Source of the DNA: Marsupella aquatica
Lineage: Eukaryota; Plantae; Marchantiophyta
Length of the DNA: 64,000 bases
Assembly: GCA_973895155.1 (NCBI GenBank)
Contig: OZ316895.1
Coordinates: 13,441,186-13,505,185 of the forward strand
Reading direction: 5' to 3'
Numbering within the stretch: the first letter of the stretch is position 1; each line of letters begins with the position of its first letter. Positions 35,065 through 47,300 of the stretch are shown here, one piece after another. Made by a program: the position numbers and the translations under genes. The notes under the pieces were generated by a model. That model made no database searches and was not told the DNA's origin. It worked only from the letters and a program-made list of their open reading frames with translations.

Positions 35065-38000
35065 CTACTTGTCCATCCTTTGGAGATAACTTTGGACAGT
35101 TTGTAGAACATTTCGAGGAATCTTCAAACCTCTGCCCGCCATGTTTTCTTCTTTCATGCCAGATTTAAAACCATACATTGCAGAATTTGCATACTGCCAA
35201 TGTTGAGCGTTCTCACCAAACCCTGGATCTCGTTCCCATGTCTTAGTGGACATGAAGCAGTTTAGATACCGTGCACTCTCAGTCACATCAAGTTTAGAGT
35301 GTTTAGGCCTCCACCATTCGACTGGAAACATTGGAGCATATTGTTGAGGCAGAGGAGGGTTTGTTGGAGATGTAGTTGGGACTTCATGCTTAGGGTCAAC
35401 CGAACCCAAAGCTCTCACCAACCAGAAATGACCTCCACCATTTTTATTCTCCCAGTCATCCTCGGGTCGAAGAAATACAAAGTTCCCTTCACAAATATCC
35501 TGTAGGGGAATCCACCGTCCTTGTTCTCTCTCAGCTCGAGATCCAACAAATGGTGCCGCTTGATCTTCCATCTCTTCCAAGACCTCATTTTGAAGAGCCG
35601 TCATCTCCGCATTCTCCTCATCTTCACTTGGAGGACCACTTTGTTCCGGTTGGTTGACCTTGTAACCAGTGCCATGGTTAGTCTTAGGCCAAAATCCGTT
35701 TTTCAAGGGAAATTGAGTACTTCCCTCCCCTTCTAGTGCAAGCCCATTTGTCAACAACTCCACAATTCTCTCCCAATATTTCACAAGAGGAAATCTTTCC
35801 TTATATGCTATAGATGTCTCATAAGTGCAACTCCTTCTCAAAAAATCAAGGTACTTGGTAAGAAATGGGATAATCTCTTCAGATTTTTTGTGTATCTCTC
35901 CAATGGATTTAGCTAAGGGCTCTCCACTAGGTAAAAGAATAGAATTTGTTGTCAGATCTGTTGCCCAAATGCACCTTCCACCAACTGGAGCCCAAGCTTG
36001 CTTTACATGGGACTTATACTGAAATATTGGTACATTATCTCTCATAGAGAAAAGAAATGATACGGGTTTTGAGTGACCTTGAATATCTTTAACTTTGAAA
36101 GTTTGAAGATATTCTTTGTAAGATGCAACTTTTTGTATCAATCTGGGAACTGGATGAATGCTCTCACATTCCCAAACCTCTGCCATAAGAGCAAGGAGAG
36201 TTGCAACTTCCTTGTGCTGAACTTGATATGATACCTTCGAAAAGAGTGCATCAACATCTTCGTGCGTATGACCAACCATTAGAAAAGACATTTGAACAGT
36301 TTCAAATACTCCTCTACTCACAAGCTCACTACAAAATGCCATGACAGTCTGGTTTTTGTTATCCTTTGTTGAGTTATCCATTTGCAGTGTTAGGTGCCTT
36401 GGCAAGGGCTTGAAAGATGGACTGCCTTGTTCCCCATGCATGTCCCCTCCTTGATCCTCACCATGTTGGGTGGAGACCGTCTCCGTCTGACTCTCAGCTG
36501 CATCTTCAGAACCAATATACCTATTCATTGGAATACTCTTTGGTTCCAAATATCCCTTAAAAAATGCATCAAAGCCAAGAAGGGCTTGAAAGAAAGGTCT
36601 ATGAGGTTCCAAATAAAGGCCATCCAACATGTCACCTGTCTTGTCTCCATTGTACTCTTCAAGGTCTCGAAGACACTTAGCCAAGGATGTCACCGTGAAA
36701 TCAGTATCTCCTGGCCAAAGGCCAGTGACACTAAAGTGTGCATATACTCCTGGATCCCTTCCGTGGGTCAACATCCCTGTGAGAGCAATAGGTAGTGGCA
36801 TCCCATGACCGGAAAGTGATTTAGGAGTACTGACCATTTTTGGAATCCACGTCTTTGCTTGATCCATCTTGTCGTGAATGATGCAAAGATATTCCCCTGG
36901 ATGTTGCTTAGCCATCACTCGATGAGCATAGTAAACATATCTACGTGACATTTGCTCACGAAGATGTTGCGCTCGTTTTTCTTCAATTTCAGCACGTTCT
37001 TTTTTCCTTCTTTCTCGCATCAAACTATCTTTGTATTCACAACAAAGAGTACACTTGGCAAATGCACCATCTTTATGGAAACTGAAGTTTGCAAATGATT
37101 TTCTCCAAATCTTGTACAAAGTATTCTCTGTAACTGGGGGAAGCCCCTCTTCCTTCATCTTTGTTCTCACATCTTCCAAAATCTCCAACTTCTTGTAACA
37201 TGCTGGAAGACGATACTCAATGGAGTTGGTCCCATGAGCCCCAGCATAAGGTATATGAGGCATGGGCTCTGCATTTTGAGTCAAAAAATCCTCCAACAGA
37301 GCTCGTGCATGCAAGGTATTTGACCTTGTTTTCATGGAGCCCGTGTTTCCATGGAACCCAATTTTGCAACCCTCCACATATCTCCTTTTGTAATCATAAT
37401 ATTTCGTGTGGCTAAAGCCATGGATGATTGCAAATGCATGTCTACATACGACCATACCCTTGAGAACATGGTGCCCCTTATCACGAACATCATCTTCTCT
37501 GTAGTGGAAGAGGTTGAAAATGTGTGATGTTTTTGACTCGCTATACATTCCGTGAAATTCTATCCGGATATCTTCTATGTCTTCTCTTGGCATAGTCAAA
37601 CAACATTTCTGCTTGCAACAATTCTCTCTTTTAATTTCATCAATCAAAGCTTCCGTTGTTTTTGAAACTGCCTTGGTTTCCAACAGCCTTCTCTTCTTTT
37701 CAATCGGATCTACATGAGTCCTCCTGTTGAAATTGTATGGCCTTGTGCGCGGCATTCCCCTATCATTTACATTTGGATACAGATCATCCCTATCCACCGC
37801 CTCCATCCTCTCTGAACCTTCAACCAAAATGTCCGACAAAAATTTCCCGTTTGCAAGTAGTTTTGTTGAATAAATCCGCCACCGAACCAAAGTGATTACT
37901 CCCCTATGGAAGTTGGGAAAGTATTGTGATTCCACCACATCTTTCACAGCAATCCCTACATGGTCCTCGCCAAGGATTTCATTGTCAACCGCCGCGGTTT

Positions 38001-38808
38001 CTTGAGGCACAGTAATGGTCCCCGTGGCAACCCTATTGGTTCGATCTGAACCAATGTATAGTTCGACCAACTCTGACATCCAATTTGACTGTTGGAAATA
38101 GTCACAATTAGTTTTAGAAATTTCAGCTGAGGGAGACTCCACAACAAAACTCCGCTCTATGTTGATATCATCATCCGCATCCTTCTTTGAGAAACTCTTT
38201 CTACTTAGGACATCTGCCACATCCCAGAGAACCCATGAGTCTTTTGCCTCGTCAATTGTGTCAGCCCCATTGTGTTTGTAAGGTAAAACCCTACTCCCAT
38301 GAAAAACATCAGTGACCCTCACACTGATCCGTGATTCACCAAGTAAAATGTTGTGACATCTTTCCATTGGATTTGTATTGAAAACAACTCCAAGGGCTAC
38401 ACAACACCCAAAGATGAACATTTCAACCTCATCCCCTTGCCTCAGAGTGGTCGATGAGTCCTCCTCTACAGTTGGATTTTTCTCCAAATTACTCTCCGGT
38501 CGATTTGAACAACTACCTACACTAATGCGTTTTTGAGAATTTGTTATCGTTGATAGATATGCGCAAGACAAATCCCAAATAACGCAAGAATCAATGGCAT
38601 CAAAAAGGTTTTCTGCCCGAGGCATTGGAAATGGTAGTTTTGTGGTTTGGTCAAAAACTTTCTCAATGAGAACGCCCATTCGATTCTCTCTCAACAATAT
38701 CTTTTGAACACTATCTTGCGGGTTGATTTTTTGAACTGTCCCGCTTGCAACATCGTAACCACCAATTGTCAATATCACATTGTCGCCTCTCAAAAATATT
38801 CCGGTCAT
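35065..38808 (-). CDS. Intact S2 transposase, 1247 aa (Sola1-like DDE core, three N-terminal En/Spm-type barrel repeats)
   Basis: IIHDKMDQ, LQMDNSTKDNKN and FLMVGHTHEDVDALFS; Cys clusters CCKQKC, VCRHAF and CTLC; uninterrupted frame. Confidence 0.9.
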   Translation of the reverse strand: MTGIFLRGDNVILTIGGYDVASGTVQKINPQDSVQKILLRENRMGVLIEKVFDQTTKLPFPMPRAENLFDAIDSCVIWDLSCAYLSTITNSQKRISVGSCSNRPESNLEKNPTVEEDSSTTLRQGDEVEMFIFGCCVALGVVFNTNPMERCHNILLGESRISVRVTDVFHGSRVLPYKHNGADTIDEAKDSWVLWDVADVLSRKSFSKKDADDDINIERSFVVESPSAEISKTNCDYFQQSNWMSELVELYIGSDRTNRVATGTITVPQETAAVDNEILGEDHVGIAVKDVVESQYFPNFHRGVITLVRWRIYSTKLLANGKFLSDILVEGSERMEAVDRDDLYPNVNDRGMPRTRPYNFNRRTHVDPIEKKRRLLETKAVSKTTEALIDEIKRENCCKQKCCLTMPREDIEDIRIEFHGMYSESKTSHIFNLFHYREDDVRDKGHHVLKGMVVCRHAFAIIHGFSHTKYYDYKRRYVEGCKIGFHGNTGSMKTRSNTLHARALLEDFLTQNAEPMPHIPYAGAHGTNSIEYRLPACYKKLEILEDVRTKMKEEGLPPVTENTLYKIWRKSFANFSFHKDGAFAKCTLCCEYKDSLMRERRKKERAEIEEKRAQHLREQMSRRYVYYAHRVMAKQHPGEYLCIIHDKMDQAKTWIPKMVSTPKSLSGHGMPLPIALTGMLTHGRDPGVYAHFSVTGLWPGDTDFTVTSLAKCLRDLEEYNGDKTGDMLDGLYLEPHRPFFQALLGFDAFFKGYLEPKSIPMNRYIGSEDAAESQTETVSTQHGEDQGGDMHGEQGSPSFKPLPRHLTLQMDNSTKDNKNQTVMAFCSELVSRGVFETVQMSFLMVGHTHEDVDALFSKVSYQVQHKEVATLLALMAEVWECESIHPVPRLIQKVASYKEYLQTFKVKDIQGHSKPVSFLFSMRDNVPIFQYKSHVKQAWAPVGGRCIWATDLTTNSILLPSGEPLAKSIGEIHKKSEEIIPFLTKYLDFLRRSCTYETSIAYKERFPLVKYWERIVELLTNGLALEGEGSTQFPLKNGFWPKTNHGTGYKVNQPEQSGPPSEDEENAEMTALQNEVLEEMEDQAAPFVGSRAEREQGRWIPLQDICEGNFVFLRPEDDWENKNGGGHFWLVRALGSVDPKHEVPTTSPTNPPLPQQYAPMFPVEWWRPKHSKLDVTESARYLNCFMSTKTWERDPGFGENAQHWQYANSAMYGFKSGMKEENMAGRGLKIPRNVLQTVQSYLQRMDK

Positions 38809-39066
38809 TCCTACAACGTGTTCACCTACACAATTTAAAATGTAAAGTATTAGTTAACAATGGTCCCAAATAGGAAGCAGATAGGTGTGAACCCTATCCA
38901 AGGACAGTGCGCAAATAGGGATCATCCCCATCAAGCAAAATAATAGGTCCATAAACAATCCTTAGCTAGCCCTAAGATCCCTGATCCCTATTCAGACGTT
39001 GGATAGGAATGATCCCTGTCCAGACGGTAGATAGGTTCTGTCACTATCCAAACAGTGGACATAGAT

Positions 39067-42000
39067 TGTGGTGCGTCCCATGGCTCCCTAAACCCAAGAA
39101 ACCCCCCAGCTCAAGCCGATTCCCGCAGGTTTCGCGCTTGGCGAGGCCATTTCCGCGGCTTAGCGGCATGGGACGCTGCTAACCTTCTACTACTACTATT
39201 AACATTTTACACACATATACTAGACAGATCCTTCATCGGGTCATGAGATACGTAGTCGGCCTAATCTAGGCCTTCCCTTGTCTTCCCCTCTGTCTTGTTA
39301 GGTATGTTTGGATTCCGCCGCCGGAATGATCCCCAATAGGCTTGGTTAAGCCGCTAAGACCTCTCTCAGCTCGACACATTCAACTCTCACTCCCCTACTT
39401 ACTTTCCTTCCTACTGTTAGTTGATGTGGGCACTCTTCACACAAGTTAATGCGACACACAAATAGCAAAATGACTCCTTCTGACTGAGTCATACCATGCA
39501 CTTGTCATACAAACAGTACATCTCATACACAAGCTCTACGAACTAAGCCGTGAGGCCAACTCTATTCAGCTCTTAGGCATGAGGAAACATGAATATACAC
39601 AAGGGTCACTGTATGACTAACCAAGAGCTTCCCTTACTACTTGATCCCAGCCCGGCTGGTGCAAACTAAAAACTTGCTAAAGAAGAGGCCCTGAGCTCCC
39701 CGCTGCCCAGGTACTTATCTTGGTAGTGGATCCGCCTAATTCTTTGCAGCGTAAGCCTAATCTACCTAACAGTAATCTACTTGCCCGGATCTACCTATGT
39801 ACAGCAAGGCAGGAGCACAAGTGTTGCTCCTACCAGTGGAACCGCAATCCCACTAAGCTAAGTGTCAGGGCCGCTCCTGGTCCTGATCCTAATCCTAAAC
39901 TTGGAGATCAGCGCCCGCCCTGCCCACTCATGCCTCCTCCCTCCACGTCCGCCCTTCCTAAAAGGAATGGCGCCCTTGCACCGTCACGACACCGGTGGTG
40001 GATCCTCAATGGACGCCCCCAATGCTTCCTCCTCAGCCACTGCCGTAGGTTCGTTTTCTGATAGATTACCTGCCCTTGACTGAGTCAACTCTCCATCGGC
40101 CTGACTAGGTCCACCATCGGCGTCGGCATTGGCTCGGGAATCATTATCGGCTACGGCCTCAGCCTCGGCTACGGTCTCCCCGGCCTGCTCAAGAGGCGGA
40201 TCTGGGATACCGGCCTCATGATTGAGTAGTTCGGCTTGGGCCACACCCTCCCCACCCTTGGTGATAGCAGGATCTATTGCCGTTCGGCTTGGGGTCCCCT
40301 CGTGCTACCCTTGGAAGTGTGGGGACAAACCGGCCACAGGTCCTTACTCCTGGAACGTGATGGTCCGACCCATAGCCGGAGTTATCATGGCTGAAGTCCT
40401 CCACTGCCTCCTCTACTTCTTGGACGTCCGGCTTCTCCCTCTCCTCTTCGTCGGTAGGAGCTTCAGGCAATTCTACCTCAGATTCAGAGCTTGAGACTCC
40501 CACATACATTCGAACTCCTGGCTTTGATTCCGGCCTGATTCTCTCCTTGTCTCCAGCAAAGGGGTTTTCTTTTGTAAGCCGGTGTAAGCCTACCTCTGGA
40601 GTAGTGTCCTGCATGGTTGTCGTTGCCGTTGCCGATGCCAATCTCTTCTCTTTCTCCAGTAGTTTCAGCAGACTCTACATGCCTGGTTGCTGCATCGGCA
40701 AGTCCTCCTTCCTTGGTCTAAACACCTGCTCGATCGTAGGGCTAACATGTGGTTGAGGCTTCTCTGCTACCGGCCTCGGTGCTAGAGCTTCCTCGGGTGC
40801 TCTTACCTGCAGGGGAAGTACTGGGGCAAAAGTCTGACCTCTGGCATACCGGCACAACAGCGGCATGTGATAGCCAAGCCGCGACACGCTCCCCATGCCG
40901 ATTACCTGCTGCTCCTCCTTTAAGATCTTCTTCAATTGGTTGAGGAGGTACCCGTTGTAGTCCCGGCTTGGGTCTGGCCTCTCTGCCAGATAGACCTGTG
41001 CCTTGCCAATCTCTGCCCTCGGCAAGTTACAATGCATGGTCACCCTCAAGAAGTCGATCATCTCTCCTATGTGCGGGTTGGTGCAGGTGTTCCGGAAGAA
41101 GCCATTCTTCGTTGATGGCCCGGGGAACGACCGGAACTCCTTGTCAGGCAAGGTCTTCCTGGTATCAACTTTGGTCTTATTGCCTATCGGCAAGCCAAAC
41201 ACTTCGACAATCACTTTGGGAGTAAGATAGAAATCCTTCCCATATATCCTCGTGCAATTGGTCTCGGGTTCCCATGACCCCACGAATTCTAATAGGTCTG
41301 AATCCGGTACTTCCGGCTTCAGCCATGGTAATCTTACAAAGGCCTCTAAGCCGGATCCGGCCATGAAGCCTTGGTACTTCTTGGTCTGCATGGCCGTAAA
41401 GCATGCATCCTCCTCCCGTGCAAAATGTAGTTGCACCTCCACTGGTAGGGTTGCCGCCCAGCCCTTCCAGGTGTCATCCCTGGTTGGAATGGCCTTGATG
41501 GGATCAACCTCTTCCTCTTCGGCTTCTCCCTCCCTCCTGCTCTGCTGCTCGGCTGGCTTCTTTGGTGCCGCCGACCTCGTTCTTTTTGCCGGGGTGGCTT
41601 CATCGTTGACGGCTCCCTTCCTCTTCATCTCTGCTGCCGTGGAGGTTTCTCCTAGCACCATTGCCTGGGTCCACCTTTCCGTGCTACCCTTCAATTCCCA
41701 GTGTATGTCATTGCAGTTCTTGATGGCCTCTTGGATGCCGACGACGTTGTCTTTGCAAAACAGAAGATCGTCGAGCTGATTGGAAGTAGGAGTCCACAAG
41801 AACTCGTCCTTGATGAGTTCGCCTCCTAAGAAAGTCATCTTCTGCAGCTCCCACAATCGAGCGAGCTCCTGCCGTTCTCGAGCTGCCCTTTCTGATTCCT
41901 CGTCCTCGTAAGTCTTGATGTACTTAGTTGCCCGTTCGAACAGGCATCCCCAGAAATGTGCCGCTTGATTGACGTTGCTCATACCCTCCTTAGGTCGATC

Positions 42001-42358
42001 GTCAGTATCTATTCTCTCCCCGAGTGCTTGCCTAAGCAGCTGACAGTAGTTGGCCTCCCGTAGTCGTCTGCCTAGTTCGTGCTCACAAATGAGCCACCAT
42101 CTCCTGCAAGCGCTCCTTACCCCTCTCCTCTTCCGGTCCTTCCTCCCGTTGATCCTTCCTAGCCACCGACGCTTAGCGCGCCCTAACCCTAATCGAGTTT
42201 TCACCCCCAGCGTCCTTACCTCCGGCCTCGGCCCGGGTTCCATAGTCGCCCCTAATTGTTTATATTTTCCTTGTTTTGTCCCTATACGAAGGTATTTCCA
42301 GGGTGCATTCTTGCTTTACCCACTTCACTGGCCGAGTGATTCCTGGCTAGGCATCACA
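39067..42358 (-). mobile_element. Solo LTR of gypsy family B with a ~1.38-kb internal deletion
   Basis: TG...CA ends and 5-bp TSD TAGAT (39062-39066 and 42359-42363). Inverted copy of 27277-31945 lacking ~29350-30730. Confidence 0.95.
39984..42243 (-). pseudogene. LTR B ORF retained in the solo LTR (coiled coil deleted, premature stop)
   Basis: ORFs 40675-42243, 40216-40641 and 39984-40244 are nearly identical to 27392-31024. Confidence 0.88.
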
Positions 42359-44326
42359 TAGATGATCCATATAAACGGCGGACAGGGATCATCCCTATCC
42401 AAAATCCGGACAGGGATGATCCCTGTCAGAACGGCGGATAGGGTCTGTCACTGTCCAAACGGCAAACAGAGATCATCCCTGCCTAAGCGGCGGATAGTGT
42501 CTGTCATTGTCCAAAGGGCGGACACAGCTGATCCCTGTCCAAATGGCGGATAGGGTTTATCACTGTCCAAACAATAGACATGGATGATTCAAGGTCCGGA
42601 TCACTTAGGATCACTCAGCGATCCTATCAAGTAAAACCTTTTATATTGGGGTCCCATAAAGCAAATACCTCAAACGGTGGAGAGGGATCATCCCTATCCA
42701 AATGGCGAACAGGGATCATCCCTATCCAAATGGCAGAGAGGGATCATCCCTATCCAAATGGCGGACAGGGATCATCCCCATCCAAATGGTGGACAGAGAT
42801 CATCTATATCCAAACGGTGGACAGGGATCATCTCTATCCAAAAGGTGGACAGGGATCATCCCCATCCAAACGTTGGACAGAGATCATCTCTGCCAAAATG
42901 ACGGATAGTGTCTATCACGGCGGACAGGGATCATCCCTATCCAAATGGCGGACAAGGATCATCCTGATCCAAATGGTGGACAGGGATCATCCCCATCCAA
43001 AGGGTGGACAGGGATCATCCCTATCCAAAATCCGGACATGGATCATCCCCATCAAAATGGTGGACAGGGATCACCTCTATCCAAACGGTGGACAGACATC
43101 ATTCTTATCAAAAATCCGGACAGGGATCATCCCTATCCAAAATCCGGACTGGGATCATCCCCATCCAAACGGTGGACAGGGATCATCTCTATCCAAACTG
43201 TGGACAGACATCATTCTTATCCAAAATCCGAACAGGGATCATCCCTATCCAAACGGTGGACAGGGATCATCCCCATCCAAACGGTGGACAGGGATCATCC
43301 CTATCCAAAAGCCGGATAGGGATCATCCCCATCCAAATGGTGGACAGGGATCATCTCTATCCAAACGGTGGACAGACATCATTCTTATCCAAACAGCACA
43401 TAGGGATGATCCCTATCCAAACAACTAATAGGGATGACCCTTGTACGGACAGTTAACCTGTACACACTAATTTAATGTTTGACCAAAGAAAGGTTGGATT
43501 GAGATGATCCCAATTGTGAGTTGGGCTGGATACCCCAACCTTAAGTAACTTAGATAATTATACAATTCCTAAATTTGATACCAATGGAATATTTTGTAAT
43601 TAAGTTGAAAGTTACCTGTAATGGAAATGATTCTTGAACACAAAACTCACTTAGTTTATGTTGTCAAACCAAGTAATAAAATACTTTGTTGAAGGGGTAG
43701 TTATCAGTAAGCTGGTAAACTAAATGCTTCAGGGGTGTGGAAGAAATTAAAACTAGATGTTCTGTCTAGAAAACAAGAGTGGCTCAATGGGGCTCCGTAA
43801 TGAACGGACCTGGTTGAGAGACTGAATGAAAATCTAGAAATGAAAATACCAAATGAGGACCAGCCGGACCAGCCCAAGTATCTTATACCATTTGTTCAAG
43901 ATCGCTCTTCCGGATAAGGCGATGCGTGATCAGCCTTAAGCAGCGGCGGAGTTTAGGGTTGAGTGGATGAGGTTAGGGTTTGCCTCGCACGGCTGTCTTG
44001 CCTCGCCTCGCACACCGGCCTCCCATGTGTCGTGCCTCGCCTCGCACCTCGGCCTCACCTTGGAGGGGGGGTAAAGGAGGCAAGAGGTCCCACTTGGGCC
44101 TCATTCTTCTTCCCTCCTCCTCTTCTTTGCTCCTCCGCTTCTGCGCCTCCGCTCCTCCGCTCTTGCGCTCCTCCGCTCCTCCGCCTCATTCGCTTCCAGT
44201 CTCCCTAGGCCCCACTCCACCTCCGCCTTCACACTAGAGTTTCTGCCCTAGCCACCACGTTACTTGCCCGGCCTAGATCTAACGCTCTGTGATCCTCCAC
44301 GTGTCCATACGGCCACGTGTAACAAT

Positions 44327-47300
44327 ATGGATCCATCTAGACCTATTCATGTATCTTTGGTCGTTGAGCCAACAGAGGAGATAGACCTCTCCTCCATTGA
44401 GGATGTGATAGACACGGCCCTCGAGGATTCCAGAGCCTTCCAATTGCTCAATCCAAGTGAGTATCTTGGTAACAAGTTGAATATTTGTGCAGTGGACAGA
44501 GACCATCTCTGTCCAATTGGATAGAGATGATCCCTGTCCAAGTAGAGTCCAAGTAGAATATAGTGATCTTTATTAGGAATTGGATAGAGATGATCTCTAT
44601 CCAAACTGAGGATAGAGATGATCCCTGTCCAATTGGATATGGATCATCTATTATTTTCCAAAATGACGATAGAGGATGTCCAACCAGAGGATCAAAACTG
44701 TCAGATTAGAGGATGCTGAGGATCTTTATTTGGAATTGGATAGAGATGATCCCTATCCAATTCCTAATAAAGATTATCAGTATCCTCTGATCGAATAGAG
44801 ATGATCTTAATTAGGAATTGGACAGACATCATCCCTATCCAAGTAGAGGATAGAGATCATCCCTGTCCAATTGGATAGGGATCATCTCTGTCCAAACTGT
44901 GAGAGAACCTCATCTTTGTCAATTACAAAATTAAGATTTTTCCAAACTAATATGCATGGATGGGACTATTGCAGGGAGCGATCTAAATGGATTGAAACCA
45001 GCAATTTCAGAATCAGATTGCTCCGAGGGAGTCTTGTTGGAGCAGAGCAAACAAGATTTTCGTTGGGGCCTTGAGTTCTCTCGAGTTGATTTCGATTTCC
45101 TTAGCACATCAGAGAGACGGGATCCCATTTTGTGCATAAAGGTTAGAACAGGAGATCAAGAGACTCTTGTACTCGGACCTGTAGTCTTCATTGGAATTGA
45201 AGGAAGAGGGTTTGTTTCTGTCATTCTTGAGCTCCATGAAAGGATGCGATGGGTTAAGCTACATCTACCATCAAAGGCGTATTCTTCAGAGTTCAATGTT
45301 GAATGGTCTGCTGCTGGAGAACTTGGCGTGTTAGCAATGGGCTTTTTCCCTAAGTCGTATTCAACTCAAAAGGTGATTGCTGGAGTGAAGGGGATTCTTC
45401 CACTCGACATCATGTATGGGTTTCAATATGTGAAGCTGAATATCCATAAACACCAAGGGAATTGTACATTTCCAGTGACATGGATTTTAAATAATTTGCT
45501 CGACAAGGCAGGATTCCTATCTTCGGAATCAGGTGTTTTCCTTGAGAAGAAAATTGCATTTGCAAAGGAGTTTGCGATGGATAATGCAAAAAAGTGGGTA
45601 GAATCATTACCCAAGCCTACAAATGTTGCACCAGTAGCGGTGAACGAGCTTCCAGTAGTTGCTAACAAAGAAGTTCCCAAACCTAGAAAAATTTCTCAGG
45701 AGACAACAACAGGGACTGCAGGAACAACGGCTGGGACAAGCACCAAACAAGTGGTTGGGAAGCAAAGACTAAGAGAGAGGAAGGAGCGCGAGAAAATTGA
45801 GACATTGCCAAAGGAACCCGCGAAGAAGCCAGTAGCGAAGAAACAGAAAACTAACAAGTTTGTTGTGCAGTCAACCCCTACGGACGTACAAATGCTCCCA
45901 GAAGATGAGGGAGACAAACTTGACGCCCCTGAGGAGAAGAAGGTCTTAGAAGGAAATGATGTTCTCCAGAGAATAGAGCAATACTATACTTTTGGGATAA
46001 ATGAACTGTTTTCTATTCCTGTGGAGAAAATTATGCCTGCACCTACAAGATTATGTTACAGGATGCTCAGTAGTACCCATGTGAAGCACATAGCTGAATC
46101 CATGGTCAAAAATCCTGGACATGAACCTCACGTCGCGGACCTACTTCCTTACAGTCCAAAGCTTAGAAAGTTGCTCCATTTTGACAGCACGGAGAACGAC
46201 CGCAAAGACTTTCTTGCAGGAGTGAAGAAAGGCGAGATTGGTTTCTTTGCTATCAGTGGGCAACATTCGGCTAGGGCGGCCAAGTGGGTTCTTGAATGGG
46301 TTAAAACTGATGCCAAGCTGACAGTGTTGGCAAAAAAGTTAAAATACAGGAAGTCTAGATTATTGTCAGACCTTACACCATCGGCTGTATTGGTTGAGCA
46401 CTCAATGAGATCAAATGCCATCAATTCGACGATGGTGTTTCAATCTTGCTTCAAAGATACAATTGTTCATGCAAGGAAACAATTCCTTGAATGCGGAGCA
46501 CCAAGAAAGCCAAAGCACGGGGACAACAAGTCAAACGCCCAAGAGAGTCAAAAATTTCAGGTGAGAACTATTTTTCTTGTTTGGACAGAAATGGTCTCTG
46601 TCCAAGAGTGTGACCGTCCGTTACATTGATTTTAGTTCAATATGTTTTTGGTTATGCCTTGGATGGAGATGGTCTCTGTCCAAGAGTGTGATCGTCCATT
46701 CCAGAGATTTCTCTTCCTTTTACTTTTGGTTATGACTTGGATGGAGATGGTCTCTGTCCAACAAGCAAGTGATAGTTTGTTGTCAAATCTCATTGATTGT
46801 AGATAACTTATTTTCCCCTAATTTTTTACTGTAGGATTATTTGGCATTGGCAAGGATGACCATGGGGAGAAAAGACTTGAAAAATGTATATTGGTTGCTT
46901 TTTGCCGAGAATGATCTTTTCGAGCTCTGGCGGTTAGTGTGCCAGATGTGGATTGATGGACATCTTCCTGATGGAGCTGGTACACAGGGAAATAAAAGGT
47001 CCAAAAAGGGTATAACGGTCGCAATGTTTTGTTGTTTTGATGGTGAAATTTCAAATAGAGATTTGACCAGAATTTTGAACAAGGTGAAGTCAGGTCAAGT
47101 TTTATTGAAGAAGGATCCGACAAATAAGTCAGATGTTCCAACAATGGAGGACTTTGCAAAGGAGGTGAAGATATTGATCAAACTGAAGTCTCTTATTGGA
47201 GATTACTACTTCAAGAAGGATCCAAAAAACTTCCCAGCAGATAGTGATTGGGGTAAAGTAATTGAGGTCCTCCCATTGTTAGGTGCCGAGTCGGAGTTGA

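Larger units (their letters stand above)
38890..43445. repeat. S2 palindromic 29-bp tandem array (AAACGGTGGACAGGGAT-C-ATCCCTATCC), interrupted by the solo LTR; main block 42375-43445
   Basis: Roughly 30 or more units with 11-bp inverted arms TGGAYAGGGAT/ATCCCTRTCCA. The 29-aa periodic spurious ORFs in all three frames reflect the 29-bp unit. Confidence 0.92.

Noticed and set aside
27277-42358. Large inverted repeat acting as the TIRs of a composite element
   Set aside because: The second copy has its own 5-bp TSD and lies inside S2, so these are two independent insertions.
42362-43456. Repetitive ORFs in all three frames
   Set aside because: By-products of a 29-bp stop-poor tandem repeat.
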